A stretch of 64,000 nt of DNA from Patiria miniata (taxonomy: Eukaryota). A program made the position numbers and the translations under genes. The notes under the pieces were generated by a model. That model searched no databases. It was given only the letters and a program-made list of their open reading frames with translations, and had not been told where the DNA came from. Within the stretch, counting starts at the first letter, position 1, and each line of letters opens with the position of its first letter. Below are positions 1 to 10,882 of the stretch, one piece after another. Location of the stretch: positions 22,669,286-22,733,285 of the forward strand of contig NW_024037076.1 of the NCBI RefSeq assembly GCF_015706575.1, given 5' to 3'.

Positions 1-167
1 ATTGCCTAAAGGCATTCTAGAAAATCAGCAATCTCTGGTATGCAAAAACAGGCTCAAAAGAATTCAGTATGAATTATTATTTAAATTTTTCATGAACAGT
101 CCACTCTTGATAAAGTAAATTAAATCAAATCAAATGATTGGGGAAGATGTGAAATACTGAGTATTAC

Positions 168-322
168 CTGAGGAAAAACAGTGAGTATGGGCAAGCAGTC
201 AATATAGCAAATGTAATGAAGACATCCTCATAGTAGGGGTTACATGGAGGAATGCGACCAAAACATGCCAAGACGACAAAACAACAGGACAGTAGAAACA
301 TCGCTTTGGCTGGTGCTAAAAT
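168..322 (-). CDS. TRPV: TRPV-like channel, possible S4 exon (tentative)
   Basis: Phase-0 acceptor tacag|ATT and donor ctcag|gtaata. Translates ILAPAKAMFLLSCCFVVLACFGRIPPCNPYYEDVFITFAILTACPYSLFFLR, hydrophobic and TM-like, but only weakly similar to TRPV S4. The gene continues past the window start. Confidence 0.3.
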
Positions 323-563
323 CTGTATAATAAGTCATCATGGAATGTTAAAAAAAGGTGATATTTCATATCTTCAGTCTTGGCAAATACAACTATGAAT
401 TTCTAATTCACATGATGAAAAAACAAAATAACTATAAAATGCTGTCCATCACAATAACCAAATTTCAACCGACATCTTGAAGAATGTCTTTACTTTATTT
501 GTTATACATGTATAAACAATGTCAATACTAGGTCTATATTAAAAAAAATGACAATAAAGTTAC

Positions 564-671
564 CATAAGATCCATGAAAGACCATTTTCCGAGGTGGTAC
601 AGCTCCTTTGCCGCGTAGAAGAGGTAAATGATTGATCCGATCAAAGTGATGATCTCAAACACCACACGTGC
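564..671 (-). CDS. TRPV: TRPV-like channel exon (S3 region)
   Basis: Acceptor acacag|GCACGTG, donor ATG|gtaact. Translates ARVVFEIITLIGSIIYLFYAAKELYHLGKWSFMDLM, aligning to the TRPV S3 helix. An alternative acceptor further upstream (including KNIGFKGAFLCQTQ) is possible. Confidence 0.45.
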
Positions 672-757
672 CTGTGTTTGACAAAGAAAAGCTCCTTTAA
701 AACCTATATTTTTTCTCATCACAATTGTATTTAAATATCATTTCTGCACCTTCCTAC

Positions 758-994
758 CTGATCTGTAGGTGTGTCTGTGTACAGCAAATAGCAAGGCTCT
801 GTTATTTCTGTTTCTGCGACGATGACTGAGCCATTCGGTTGAGTTACATTGTCGGATACAGTGAATGCCCTAGGATCCTGAGGGGAAAAAATAGAATAAA
901 AATATGCAATTGATAGAGTCTGTACATTTAGAGAAATTAGTTCAAATACCTCTGAAGCCAATTGCAGCCATTTTTTATCCCAAAAAAATGTAAT
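758..994 (-). CDS. TRPV: TRPV-like channel exon (S2 plus extended S2-S3 linker; 3' boundary uncertain)
   Basis: Acceptor aaacag|ATTACA. ITFFWDKKWLQLASEVFELISLNVQTLSIAYFYSIF aligns to the TRPV S2 helix (YLRLAGEVITLFTGVLFFF). The ORF stays open to a strong donor gatcag|gtagga at 757. A shorter exon ending earlier cannot be excluded. Confidence 0.4.
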
Positions 995-1027
995 CTGTTT
1001 CGATAGAAATATTTTTTCAATGTATAC

Positions 1028-1186
1028 CTTTCCAGGCCGAAGATAGAATGCTGTTGTGATCACAGCGAGGTAGAGAAGAAAGAATGCCAGACGAGCACAG
1101 AAATTGAAACGACCAAATGTCTTCCATTTCTCATCCAGCAGTTTGTAAATGACACCTTTCAACATCTGTAGATGCTCCTTACTAGT
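1028..1186 (-). CDS. TRPV: TRPV-like channel exon (pre-S1 and S1)
   Basis: Translates TSKEHLQMLKGVIYKLLDEKWKTFGRFNFCARLAFFLLYLAVITTAFYLRPGK. This matches the TRPV LLRDKWRKFG pre-S1 motif followed by the S1 helix. Boundaries tatag| and |gtatac. Confidence 0.7.
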
Positions 1187-1623
1187 CTATAAAAAGGAAC
1201 AGAAATATCAAAAGTTGTTAAATTATTAAAAAGACCACCATTTAATCTTCTTAAACCATAAAACCATAAAAATGTAGGTGATAGGCCTATTACATACATA
1301 ATTATATTATGTATGCACATGTCCATGCCAGTTCTGTCTTCTGTTCATGGCGGTTGGGTGCGTTTATCACCTGCAAATTTACTACAGGTGCACATGCATT
1401 ATACACAAATATCGTGCACCATTTCCCCTCATTTCCATAGTTTCATGAGCACTGACTAACCAGAGACAGCATATGCAACGGGTCGAGCCACATAACGCAC
1501 AAAACAATCCCACAGAGTGATGGACATAACTTAACATAATGAACATAATTATAACATAATCAATTAAGATGCGCTTGGGGTTTCATGCACTTAGCCACAC
1601 TCTTCCGTTAATTACAAACTTAC

Positions 1624-1875
1624 CTGGTTCACAATGAGATGCAAGGATGATTTATTATTGATGGAACCATCGTAGTTAATGCTATCTAGTCCATCCAGGG
1701 CATACGATGCACAGGTGACACTGCCATACTTCCATGAGAGTTGACGTTCTAAGAATAGGATATGCTCAAAGAGGTCTATTCTATGTAGCTTAGCAGCAAG
1801 GGATAGCGGAGTATAACCTTGCTTGTTCTTGATGGTACAGTCGCCACCTAACTCATACGCCAACGTGAACATATC
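1624..1875 (-). CDS. TRPV: TRPV-like channel exon (last ankyrin repeat and linker)
   Basis: Translates DMFTLAYELGGDCTIKNKQGYTPLSLAAKLHRIDLFEHILFLERQLSWKYGSVTCASYALDGLDSINYDGSINNKSSLHLIVNQ. The ankyrin motif GYTPLSLAAK is present. Boundaries cag| and |gtaagt, 252 nt in frame. Confidence 0.75.
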
Positions 1876-2379
1876 CTGACAGGAACAAAAAAGAAGTGAA
1901 AATCTGCAGTATTATTCTCATTTTTTTCTGCTAAGGTAACCAATTTGCTAAACCTCAGATAATTATTCTTTCAAAACTAACAAAAGAACTTAACAGCTAA
2001 AAACGCTTATCTTTGCCAGCCTGGGTGACATTCAAACCCAGAATACAAAGGTGGAAGGTGAAAGAAGAACCATTTTGCCAACCTGATTTTTTTTACATTT
2101 TTTTTGGTAATTTTTTTTTTTTTTTTACATATTTGTGCCTTTTTTGTCTTTCAACATATAACTGGCATTTTTTTCCAAAATATGTGTCAACATATTTCCT
2201 TGAATTGCTGAAGACAAAATACATCTTCAATTAATATGTGTATTCTGAGTAAGCCCCAAATGTATAATAAATTGTCAATTTATTAAAACAATTACGCATC
2301 CAAGACATTCTCCAGCAAACCACAAGACCCTAATGACACCTGACTCAATAACCTGCTACACAAGAGTCCAATCAATTAC

Positions 2380-2533
2380 CTTTTTATCTTGCAAGACCAT
2401 CATATGCAGCACAGTGTTGCCATTAGTGTCTTGGGTGTTAATGTCACATCCCTTCACCCATAAAGAACGGAAAACGTGATTCAGATCTAAACAAGCCGCA
2501 AATGTCAATGGTGTTTCTCCCCAATAAGTCAGT
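2380..2533 (-). CDS. TRPV: TRPV-like channel exon (ankyrin repeats)
   Basis: Translates GLTYWGETPLTFAACLDLNHVFRSLWVKGCDINTQDTNGNTVLHMMVLQDKK. The ankyrin consensus G-TPL--AA and GNTVLH are present. Boundaries cacag| and aag|gtaatt. Confidence 0.7.
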
Positions 2534-2799
2534 CTGTGGAGAAGATGAACATGATAACGAACAGTTATGTATCATAACAATGAGAAAAAAATATGTACAT
2601 GTAGTTGTAGCCATATGATATTTTATAGACTCGTTTTCATTCATGAACTACTGCACATCTGAAACTTTAAGAATTAGCTTTAAATGCCCAATGATTGTAG
2701 CTCCTTTCACCAATGCAGTTAAAAAATATCAAAGATGCTACCCAAACTTTATATTTTCCCCTTAAACATTTAATAAATTGTGTCTGATGTTATACTCAC

Positions 2800-2989
2800 C
2801 CTTCATAGTTGGTCTTTTTGTACAAGATAAAGTGTTCGTGCTCTAGTGAGTCCACACACCACGCCTTTTGGTCATCTGGTCTGAAGAATCTCCCATAGCA
2901 ACGGACGTTCAGATCAGCTCCATTCTCAATCAAAAATTTGATCATACTGATGTTCTCATTCACAATGGCTTTGTGTAGACATGTTTCAC
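2800..2989 (-). CDS. TRPV: TRPV-like channel exon (ankyrin repeats)
   Basis: Translates GETCLHKAIVNENISMIKFLIENGADLNVRCYGRFFRPDDQKAWCVDSLEHEHFILYKKTNYEG, comparable to the TRPV segment GQTALHIAVVNQN..LL..GA.V.AR..G.FF. Confidence 0.75.
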
Positions 2990-3355
2990 CTTAGTAAAAT
3001 GTGAAAGAAAGTGGCATTAAAGATCTGTGATACTGGCTTGCAAAACTTCTACAGAACAGTTCTACATCTGAAAAACACTTTTGTTAGCACAGCATTTAAA
3101 GATTTAAACCCAATTGTTTTGAGGGGGTGCAGTTGTATAAATGGTTTAAGTATTTTTACTTACATACCATTTTCAAATTTGTTTTAGTAAGTATGCATAA
3201 TTGAGGAAACTCAAAAATCAAGTTCATTACAGTTAATAGGAGGGCAACTAACAGCCCTTTGAAAGCACCGCTGTTGCACACAGACAGTAAAGGTGTTTAA
3301 ATGATAGCCAATCCCCTTTGGGTGGATTTTGGTAAGCATAATCCATCATTTTTAC

Positions 3356-3532
3356 CATAACTTTCAGTTCCAAGGATGAAGTCATTGATCATCTTTGGCC
3401 ACGCCTTGATGAGATGCTTGGCAATCTCAAAGTTGACATCTTTGTTGTGTGGACTCATGAAGCAAACATGAAGTAAAGTTTCTCCTGAATAGCCACGTCT
3501 GTCAATGTCCCAGCAAAACTCTCGCTGGGCTT
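3356..3532 (-). CDS. TRPV: TRPV-like channel exon (ankyrin repeats 1-2)
   Basis: Translates EAQREFCWDIDRRGYSGETLLHVCFMSPHNKDVNFEIAKHLIKAWPKMINDFILGTESY, comparable to TRPV5/6 RGAMGETALHIAALYDN...ELYEG. Boundaries cag| and |gtaaaa. Confidence 0.75.
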
Positions 3533-3963
3533 CTGAAAATTAACAAAAATATCAAATAAATTTGTCATCATCCTTATGACACCCACTTTGGTTACCGTGT
3601 CAAAATAATTCATCTTCCAAAACCTGTTCAAAGGCTCATCAAGCGTTACTCTTTCATAGGACTTTAAAAACCTGGCACAAGTTTATCTTATTCATTTTAT
3701 CTTAGCTGTCATAATCCATTTTATCTTATCTCTCATAATCCATATTACCTTTTTTCTATTATTTCTAGGTTATCTGTTATCTGATCTTACCAATCTCTTA
3801 TAAACATTATTATCATCATACTTATCAACATCCATCCTCCATAACTACATAGTCACCATAATTACATGTACACATTTTTAATCACCACTTACAATTATCA
3901 GAGTATCTTAACCATCACCACAATGACCACCATGATCACCATCTTTATCAACATCATCATTAC

Positions 3964-4318
3964 CTTGTTCAGATCCAACCTTGTTGGTGCTCCCAAGTGA
4001 CCCAGTCACCTTCTTAGACTTAGAAATTGGTCTCCTCTTCTTCTTCCGATCTTTTGCATCCACCACATCATTATCAATCCAGTTATCCTGGTTTCTGATC
4101 TTCACCAATGTTTTTATGGGTACCATCTTTCCATTTCCACCCTCATACAGGAATTTGCTGATTTCAGGCCCCCGTATCTTTTCTTCAAACGCCGCTTGTG
4201 CGAGGTGCGATTTTCCTGCCTCCCTCGCCAAATCAACAAGGTCCTCGTACAGTTCATAGATCTCCATGCAAACATTGGCATGACTGTCACAATTTCCATA
4301 TTTCACATCTGCCTTCAT
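3964..4318 (-). CDS. TRPV: TRPV-like channel, putative first coding exon (N-terminus)
   Basis: Continuous minus ORF from an ATG at 4318 to a donor caag|gtaatg. Translates MKADVKYGNCDSHANVCMEIYELYEDLVDLAREAGKSHLAQAAFEEKIRGP...RKKKRRPISKSKK...GSEQ. The N-terminus is divergent and only the phase fits the next exon. An upstream in-frame ATG at 4369 is also possible. Confidence 0.5.
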
Positions 4319-4908
4319 GTTGTAACCTGATCTTTGGTAGAATAACCTGATCTGTGGTAGAATCACCAATGTACAAATTACAGATCACAGGATGATGGAA
4401 TGTAAATTTTGCTCCATGATCAGCGTTCGGGTTCTGACAAGATCAAGTCCGTTTGTCACAGTACTCGCACTCTCTCCCCGATAATGAACGCGAGATAATA
4501 CGTACATTCGTGCTCATACGTGTATAAGCTCCGTCTTGATGGAGAGAACGGAAGTAGCATATCTCCTCTCATCAACTCCCTCCTCGCCCCAGCCCGTCAT
4601 CATCACATAACCAACATCACTTTACCCATCCTCAGTGCGCTTGGTTTACTCCATGGCATGCTCAATGCACCGTGTCGACCTCATTTGCCTATCAAATATC
4701 ATGCCCTTTACTGTTCAATCTATCCCCTAACAACTGCATAATGAGCTACACTGACCGTGTCTAGCAACGACCCTCGTACCTTGCCCACACAACACAACAC
4801 ACAGCCACCTGCCAGCGCGCCACGCCACGCTCACCAAACGCGACAATTTCTCTCAGATTCATCTCTAAAGTAACATTTTCCGAGAGTTTGCGAAACTAAG
4901 CTGCCAAG
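4319..4908. promoter_or_regulatory. Putative bidirectional promoter between the TRPV-like (-) and FAM166-like (+) genes
   Basis: The two start codons lie 590 bp apart in head-to-head orientation. The interval has locally CpG-containing sequence (gccagcgcgccacgccacgctcaccaaacgcgac). Confidence 0.3.
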
Positions 4909-5000
4909 ATGATGAACACATCGATGCCGAATTCCACTACGTGGAATGTTAAAAGAAGGAGGGATTTTAGTCAACTTAATCCGGGAACTGAACTTCCAGG
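4909..5000 (+). CDS. FAM166/CIMIP2-like (DUF2475) protein, exon 1
   Basis: ATG at 4909. Translates MMNTSMPNSTTWNVKRRRDFSQLNPGTELP. Donor ccagg|gtaagc. Confidence 0.6.
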
Positions 5001-5541
5001 GTAAGCAAACTTGTGTGGACGACCATCGGGGTTATCATAATGTAATCGTATTCCGCCGTGAATATAATTGATTGATTGAAGTATTACACCTGTATTGGAT
5101 TGTCGTATTTACCATGTCGGTGGCCATGGTGATAGTATGAAATACAATTTTCACAATCACCGTCGGGCGAGGTGATATCGTTCTTGTTATCTTAAATAAT
5201 AAATGAAATAACTATTGAAATGAATATACATGTATATATTTCGTAATTTCCTGACTGGTGATAAATTATAGCTCCAATGTGATAATGAATATGAATAATG
5301 CAATTATGTGCTAAAATTTGATGTTCAGAAACTTAATATTCATACATGCATTTTTTCCCCAGTTGAACAGCAAGCTGTGTTTAAAGATGTTTTAAACTGA
5401 TTGGAAATTAAAAATTTGTATAGTCAAACTCTCCTTTATAATTTTTATCAATATTTAAAATTTGTTCTATTTCAATTTGATTTTAAGTTATGTATGCATA
5501 TTTTTTACGCTTATTATTTTATTTATGCTCATTTTCTATAG

Positions 5542-5617
5542 GTACCGAGGATACATAGAGCAGTATAAATATCATGTTGGTGACACATATGGCAATGCAA
5601 CAAACAAGTTATCAGAG
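5542..5617 (+). CDS. FAM166/CIMIP2-like exon 2
   Basis: Acceptor tctatag|. Translates GYRGYIEQYKYHVGDTYGNATNKLSE. The splice junction creates the motif LPGYRGYI. Donor |gtaaaa. Confidence 0.65.
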
Positions 5618-5913
5618 GTAAAATATGAAAATGGCTCGTTATAAAATTATATTTATTAAATAGTAAATATTTATTTTGATGGATAACAAGCTGCTGCAAA
5701 ACTTGAATGACCTGAAATGTAAAAGATGAGAAGGCCTAATCAGCAAAATAAGTCAACTTTTTCACCCAGGCAGTCTCATTCATTAACATATTTGTCCCAG
5801 AAACAAAATGTTGGGCTCTCCTGAATTTTATGACTTCTACTAAGGGAATCTTTACAAAATCCTTAAAACTAGCACCATAAAACTCAAACTTTTGCTCTCT
5901 TTCATCTAAACAG

Positions 5914-6103
5914 AAATGGAGGACCAGGCATCCAGCATATACAGCATCTCCACAGAACTACTTTGATTCCAAGACAACCTTTGTCGGTACAGGGCTTAGT
6001 GGTCCGGATGATGTAGATGGAAGTGGCACAAGACGAGATCTCAAACTTCCCAAGTCAACTGGAGACAATAAACTGACGGAGAAAATGGTTCCTGGATACA
6101 CAG
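5914..6103 (+). CDS. FAM166/CIMIP2-like exon 3
   Basis: Translates KWRTRHPAYTASPQNYFDSKTTFVGTGLSGPDDVDGSGTRRDLKLPKSTGDNKLTEKMVPGYTG. The motif MVPGYTG spans the junction into the next exon. Confidence 0.7.
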
Positions 6104-6806
6104 GTATCAGGCGCAGTTCTAGAGCCAATATAATTTTTTTTTGGGGGGGGGGGGGGCGCTAGCAAGGTGGATCCAGATTTTTTTTCAGGGAGGCATGCTG
6201 AAATGCAGTCATATGGACTCGTGCCATATTTTCAGTGGGGAGCGCTGATAATATCCTACAATCAGACACACTATATTAACTAAAAGTGTACAAATGCACC
6301 CTTCTCATTTAGGGGGAGACCGTTCCCATGTAGGTCAAATTCTTATATTTTGCTAGTGCATTTTTTTTTTTTATGGAATTTTTTTGTGGGGGGGGGGGGG
6401 GCTAGACAAAATTTTGCCTAGCCCTCCCGTAGAAAAGTTCTGAAGCTCCCACATCTCCCCTCCCCTAAAAATGCCTTCATGTCAATATTTCAACCGAATA
6501 ATCTTATTTCCTAAAAATGGCCAGAATTCTAGAAGCTGTGAAAGGGTACAAAAATCAGTAATGAACAGTTTGTTTCCTTGCAAAACATTATCCCCTCTCC
6601 AATAATTTTCTAAAAAATCATAGAATCCTCAAATTATTTACCTAGACTACAAAGACACAATTTTCTTTTGGTTCTCTTTCAATAAAAATGGATTAAAATT
6701 TCTCTAGTTTAATTGAGCCACTAATGCTGTTAGTCCAATTCTGTAATCCTTCCACTCAGTTGTAAACGCTTTATTTCTCTAAATCTTAATTGTTTTCCCG
6801 TCACAG

Positions 6807-7034
6807 GCTATATTCCCAGAATGCCGTTCAAGTTTGGCAACACCTACAAGGAAGATTGTGATGTCTGCATCGATGACTTCATGAGAAACACAAAAGAACA
6901 TGACACTAAGGTGCACACACTACGGAAGGCGCAAACGCAGATTAAACCACTGAGGCCAATGACAGATGAAGGAACAGTCATCAATAGATTGAATCAGTAT
7001 AGGGATAGACATCCAACCTCCAAAATACTTCTAG
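6807..7034 (+). CDS. FAM166/CIMIP2-like exon 4
   Basis: Translates (G)YIPRMPFKFGNTYKEDCDVCIDDFMRNTKEHDTKVHTLRKAQTQIKPLRPMTDEGTVINRLNQYRDRHPTSKILL. This completes PGYTGYIPR, the FAM166 family signature. Confidence 0.7.
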
Positions 7035-7136
7035 GTTAGTCATTATTGTTACTATTCAAATTCACGAAAAGTGAGCCAGGGCTAGCCTGGGTCAGGTTTA
7101 GTTCATGAGTTGTAATTCAAATTTATACCTCAAATT

Positions 7137-7490
7137 AGGGGTGTGCATTTACGGTTAGTGCGTGAACCGGTTACCCGATTGAAAACAAAAAAATGGTTAC
7201 CTAGGTACCCGTTAAAGAAACCCAACCCCAAAATTCAAATCATGGAATTTGCTGTTCAGATTGTTCATAAAGGTCCACATGATGATACTACCACATTGGT
7301 GTGACAAGAGAGCTGGTGTGGACAGTGAGCTTTATAGAGCCATGTAGCCTGGTTTTCATTTTGAAACTCCCCCACAAATGACATTCAAGTTGGTTACGCG
7401 TAACCGATCTCATAATCTGGAACCAGTTCCTGACATCAACAGTCGGGTACTCAGGTACCCGGTTCCGATGCACAGCCCTACCTCAATTAA
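7137..7490. mobile_element. MITE-like element with ~40-bp imperfect terminal inverted repeats, in FAM166-like intron 4
   Basis: Left end GGGGTGTGCATTTACGGTTAGTGCGTGAACCGGTTACCCG. Right end CGGGTACTCAGGTACCCGGTTCCGATGCACAGCCCTACC, an approximate reverse complement of the left end. Confidence 0.45.
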
Positions 7491-7855
7491 TTAAATCACA
7501 AAGAACAGTTGTCTGTTCTCTAGCAGACTCTGTGCACAGAGGGCCGTCACTGAAGACAGGTTTTGTTATTTAAATTCAGTGACAATGGAAGTACAAAAGT
7601 GTCTACTCATGTACTCATGTGTACCCCAGAGAAGCAAAGACCTGTCCTCAGTGAGGGCGCTCAGTGCAAGGAGTCTATTGTTGTTGTTTCTTTATTATAT
7701 TTTGAGTAAGTACAATGTATGTACATGTATTGGTAAAGCCATGATTTGACAAATGTTTTGGAAATTCTGCCTGATGCAGAATGGAGCATACCCAAATTCA
7801 CAAGTTTAGTGATACCGATATTATGATCTTTTGTTTTCTATCTTTTTTTCGTCAG

Positions 7856-8036
7856 AGGACAAACGTGAATCCAGAGAAGCCCCAATTCCGGGTTACGATG
7901 GTTTCATCCCTAGACAAGGCGTATCAGAGCTCGGCCTAGGAGCTCGCTATCATACCATCTGTGATAAGTCTCTCAATACCTTCTATGATGAGACAGACAG
8001 GCATGCAGAGAGGATTGGACGAGCCTATGTACCAAA
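7856..8036 (+). CDS. FAM166/CIMIP2-like exon 5
   Basis: Translates EDKRESREAPIPGYDGFIPRQGVSELGLGARYHTICDKSLNTFYDETDRHAERIGRAYVPK. A second IPGYDGFIP motif is present. Confidence 0.7.
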
Positions 8037-8315
8037 GTAAGTGTAGGAGTTAGAAAGTTACTGTGTTACAATGAGGAAGCAAGTAGAATCTAACATTCAC
8101 CAAATTTTTTAATAATTTTTATTCAGTCCAATAATATTAACATTTTATTTCTAATAAGTAATATTTCCTATCTATAGGAATATTACTCACTTAACACCTT
8201 AAAGGTAGTTTTTTTGGAAAGGCAAGATCCTTTTGTTTATCAACGGCAAAAAGAGCACCAATCATTTTGTGTCAATTGTTAAAGTCTTTGCCTTCTTCCA
8301 TCTTGTTTTTGCTAG

Positions 8316-8443
8316 AACCAATGTACCAGATGACCAAGCCAAGGCTTCCATCCAGCTCACCAGAGAAGATCGAGATGTTTTGATGCAAAGACGACTCTAC
8401 AAACGTATTGGAATGGTTCCAAAGTACACAGGATATCTGCCAC
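8316..8443 (+). CDS. FAM166/CIMIP2-like exon 6
   Basis: Translates KTNVPDDQAKASIQLTREDRDVLMQRRLYKRIGMVPKYTGYLP. A third motif copy is present. Confidence 0.65.
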
Positions 8444-8598
8444 GTAAGTAGCAGTGTGGTATTTCAAAAGGAATGTTTTGTATCCAAATGACCAACTTTG
8501 TAAAAAGGATGTCATCATTGGAAATGCCAAATTTCATAATGGTTTTTGATTCCACCTCACAACTCATTTTATTTTTTATTTTTTTGAAATTTGAACAG

Positions 8599-8714
8599 AG
8601 ATTCGATTTCAGTTTGGCCAGACCTATGGTGATACGACTCGTTCACTGCCTGTGTGCTTCCATGAGCAGCCAACGTATGGTCAGCATCTATCCACAGTTC
8701 AACAATCAGTTTGA
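8599..8714 (+). CDS. FAM166/CIMIP2-like last exon
   Basis: Translates QIRFQFGQTYGDTTRSLPVCFHEQPTYGQHLSTVQQSV, ending at TGA 8712-8714. The total protein is about 335 aa. Confidence 0.55.
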
Positions 8715-8934
8715 GCCTGCAGAAGCCTCCATTCATCACAACGTTTGTGTCACACTAATCGTGGTGCGAAATACAACCGCTAACTGTATATCAGTCATTT
8801 CAAGTAAAACACCCACCGAGTGATAGACAAAAATTCTGTCAGACAGTTGACTTGCAGTTTAATAATCATGTAATTTTCAATCAAGCTTTGAAATAAACAA
8901 ATCTGAATTTCTAAGTGACGCATGTAAATGAATA

Positions 8935-9540
8935 TACTACAGCGCGTCCCAAAAATATCCGCAATATTTTTTAAGAGGCTCTAGCGTCGCCACGGAAACA
9001 CGTACCGCCATTATTTTTATACAAATTTAAAGCTTGGAATCTATATGTACATGTAGTTGGGTTTTTTTTAAAGGGTTTTGAAATAGACGCATGTCAAAAA
9101 CAAACTCAACCAATTTCAAGGAAAATCAATCATGCGATTTTTTTCTAATGTGGAAATGGTTCATCATGTTCATGATGTGACGATATCATTGCCTTTTACT
9201 GTCTGTGTTTCCTATTCTTTTAGATCAATGTAGACTACACTTTAAATGAATTTACAATATTGTTCTTCGTTTCAAGCTCAATTTTGAAATTCACGTGCCA
9301 GTATGTACCTATTCAAAAAATGCGCTCACAGTTCGACTTGAGTTTGCATCTGATGTACCGCATCATCGATTTTCTTTGAAATCGGTTGAGTTTTTTTCAA
9401 AATGCCTTTATTTGAACATGAATAATTTTAAAACTCTTTTAAATATCAACCCAATACCCGCCAGGGATAAAGTTCAGATTTTGCGTCGACTCAAGAGCCT
9501 TGCAAAACAAGCTGCGGGTATTTTGGGACACGCTGTAGTA
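8935..9540. mobile_element. Non-autonomous DNA transposon (Tc1/mariner-like, ~28-bp terminal inverted repeats, candidate TA flanks)
   Basis: Left terminal repeat TACTACAGCGCGTCCCAAAAATATCCGCA. Right end ...TGCGGGTATTTTGGGACACGCTGTAGTA is its reverse complement. TA dinucleotides sit at both junctions. There is no intact transposase ORF. Confidence 0.4.
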
Positions 9541-9884
9541 CATGGACTAAGTGCATTTCTTTTCCCTTGCTTAACAATTATTACAGAACACCTGAAATAA
9601 TCCTTGTCATGTGATTGGTGGGTCCTTGATCACGTCATAGAATTATTTGCCCAAACACACGGCGCGGCCACACTGCAAAAATAGAAATTCCATTCCACGG
9701 TGAATAAACTTCCATTGCACTGTCACACTATCGGTTGCGCTATAACACAGCTCTGATAGCTCTGATGCTGTACATTCATAGTTCCAGTTTACAAGTTACC
9801 AATCGGATGACGAGGATTTATTCAGGCATTGTATAAAACAAATAAGAATGTTCATTATATTGCAATGGAAATAATAATTTCATT

Positions 9885-9965
9885 CAGTGACAGATGGAAT
9901 TTTTCATTTCACTCGGCTTCGCCTCGTGGGAATGGAACATTCCATCTGTCACCTCATGAAATTAT
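9885..9965. repeat. Short hairpin element with CTCGGCTTCGCCTCG loop
   Basis: CAGTGACAGATGGAAT...CACTCGGCTTCGCCTCGTGGG...ATTCCATCTGTCAC. A ~30-bp stem encloses the same loop motif as the hairpin at 33545-33716. Confidence 0.5.
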
Positions 9966-10882
9966 TCTTACCATTGCACTCATAAAAATTCATTAGTGTA
10001 TGCTATTTTGTAGACCATAGTTTACAGCAATACTTTTGATACTAATGTGCATTGATGTGGTTTTCCAAAATGTGCTACATGAAAAATTAGATTAAACACA
10101 AAGTTGATTGTTGATAAACAATAAACATAATATAAACCCAAAAGAACTACATAAAAGCACTGCATAAAGTAATGACAAAATCAGAATGAAGAAAAATGCT
10201 CATTAATGCAGACAAATCGAGGTGTAAAAAATCATGTAAATATTTTGTAAATTACTTTTCTAGATTGAATCCATAATGAAAAGCTTTTTCTTCCAAACAA
10301 TGACAAATTAAGCAGCACAACTTTATTAATACAATGTAGTATTAAGCTTGTCCTACAAAAAATAAGCCAAAAAGTGTAAAAGTATGACTGAAAAATATGA
10401 GCTTCTTGCAGATGAATACATTATATTTTTATATTTACAATTTCAAATGTTCACAACATAGAAAAAATAGTGTATTAGGGTTGCTTTAGATGAAGAAAAA
10501 CTACGAAAAGTCTAAATTCGGTACCTGTTGATATCAATATCATACAAGTTTATGGTATACATATGTACTTTTTACTTTTTGTTACACTCTGTGATATTAT
10601 ACAATTTTTAATCAGAGCAAGGTTATTTTGACGTAAAGTTTCTTCCAAAAATGAATTCAGCTAATTTATCATTACCACAACTTCAAATGGACTGTGAGCA
10701 AATACGAGCTGTATCTAGATCAAAAGTACCACTTTTGCAAAGTTCAGAATTTTTTATGCTTAATTTTGAAGAATAAAGTTTAAATGTCATCACTCCTAGA
10801 TTCTGTGTAAGTTATTGTACAAATAAAAGTGTGAATCTAATGATGGTACGATTTCAGTCTTGATTTGATTAGGTTCATGTTT

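Noticed and set aside
4319-4369. The upstream in-frame Met (MVILPQIRLFYQRSGYN) considered as the TRPV start codon.
   Set aside because: That stretch overlaps a local tandem duplication (cagatcaggttattctacca / aagatcaggttacaaca). The downstream ATG at 4318 is retained as the provisional start, and neither can be confirmed without transcripts.
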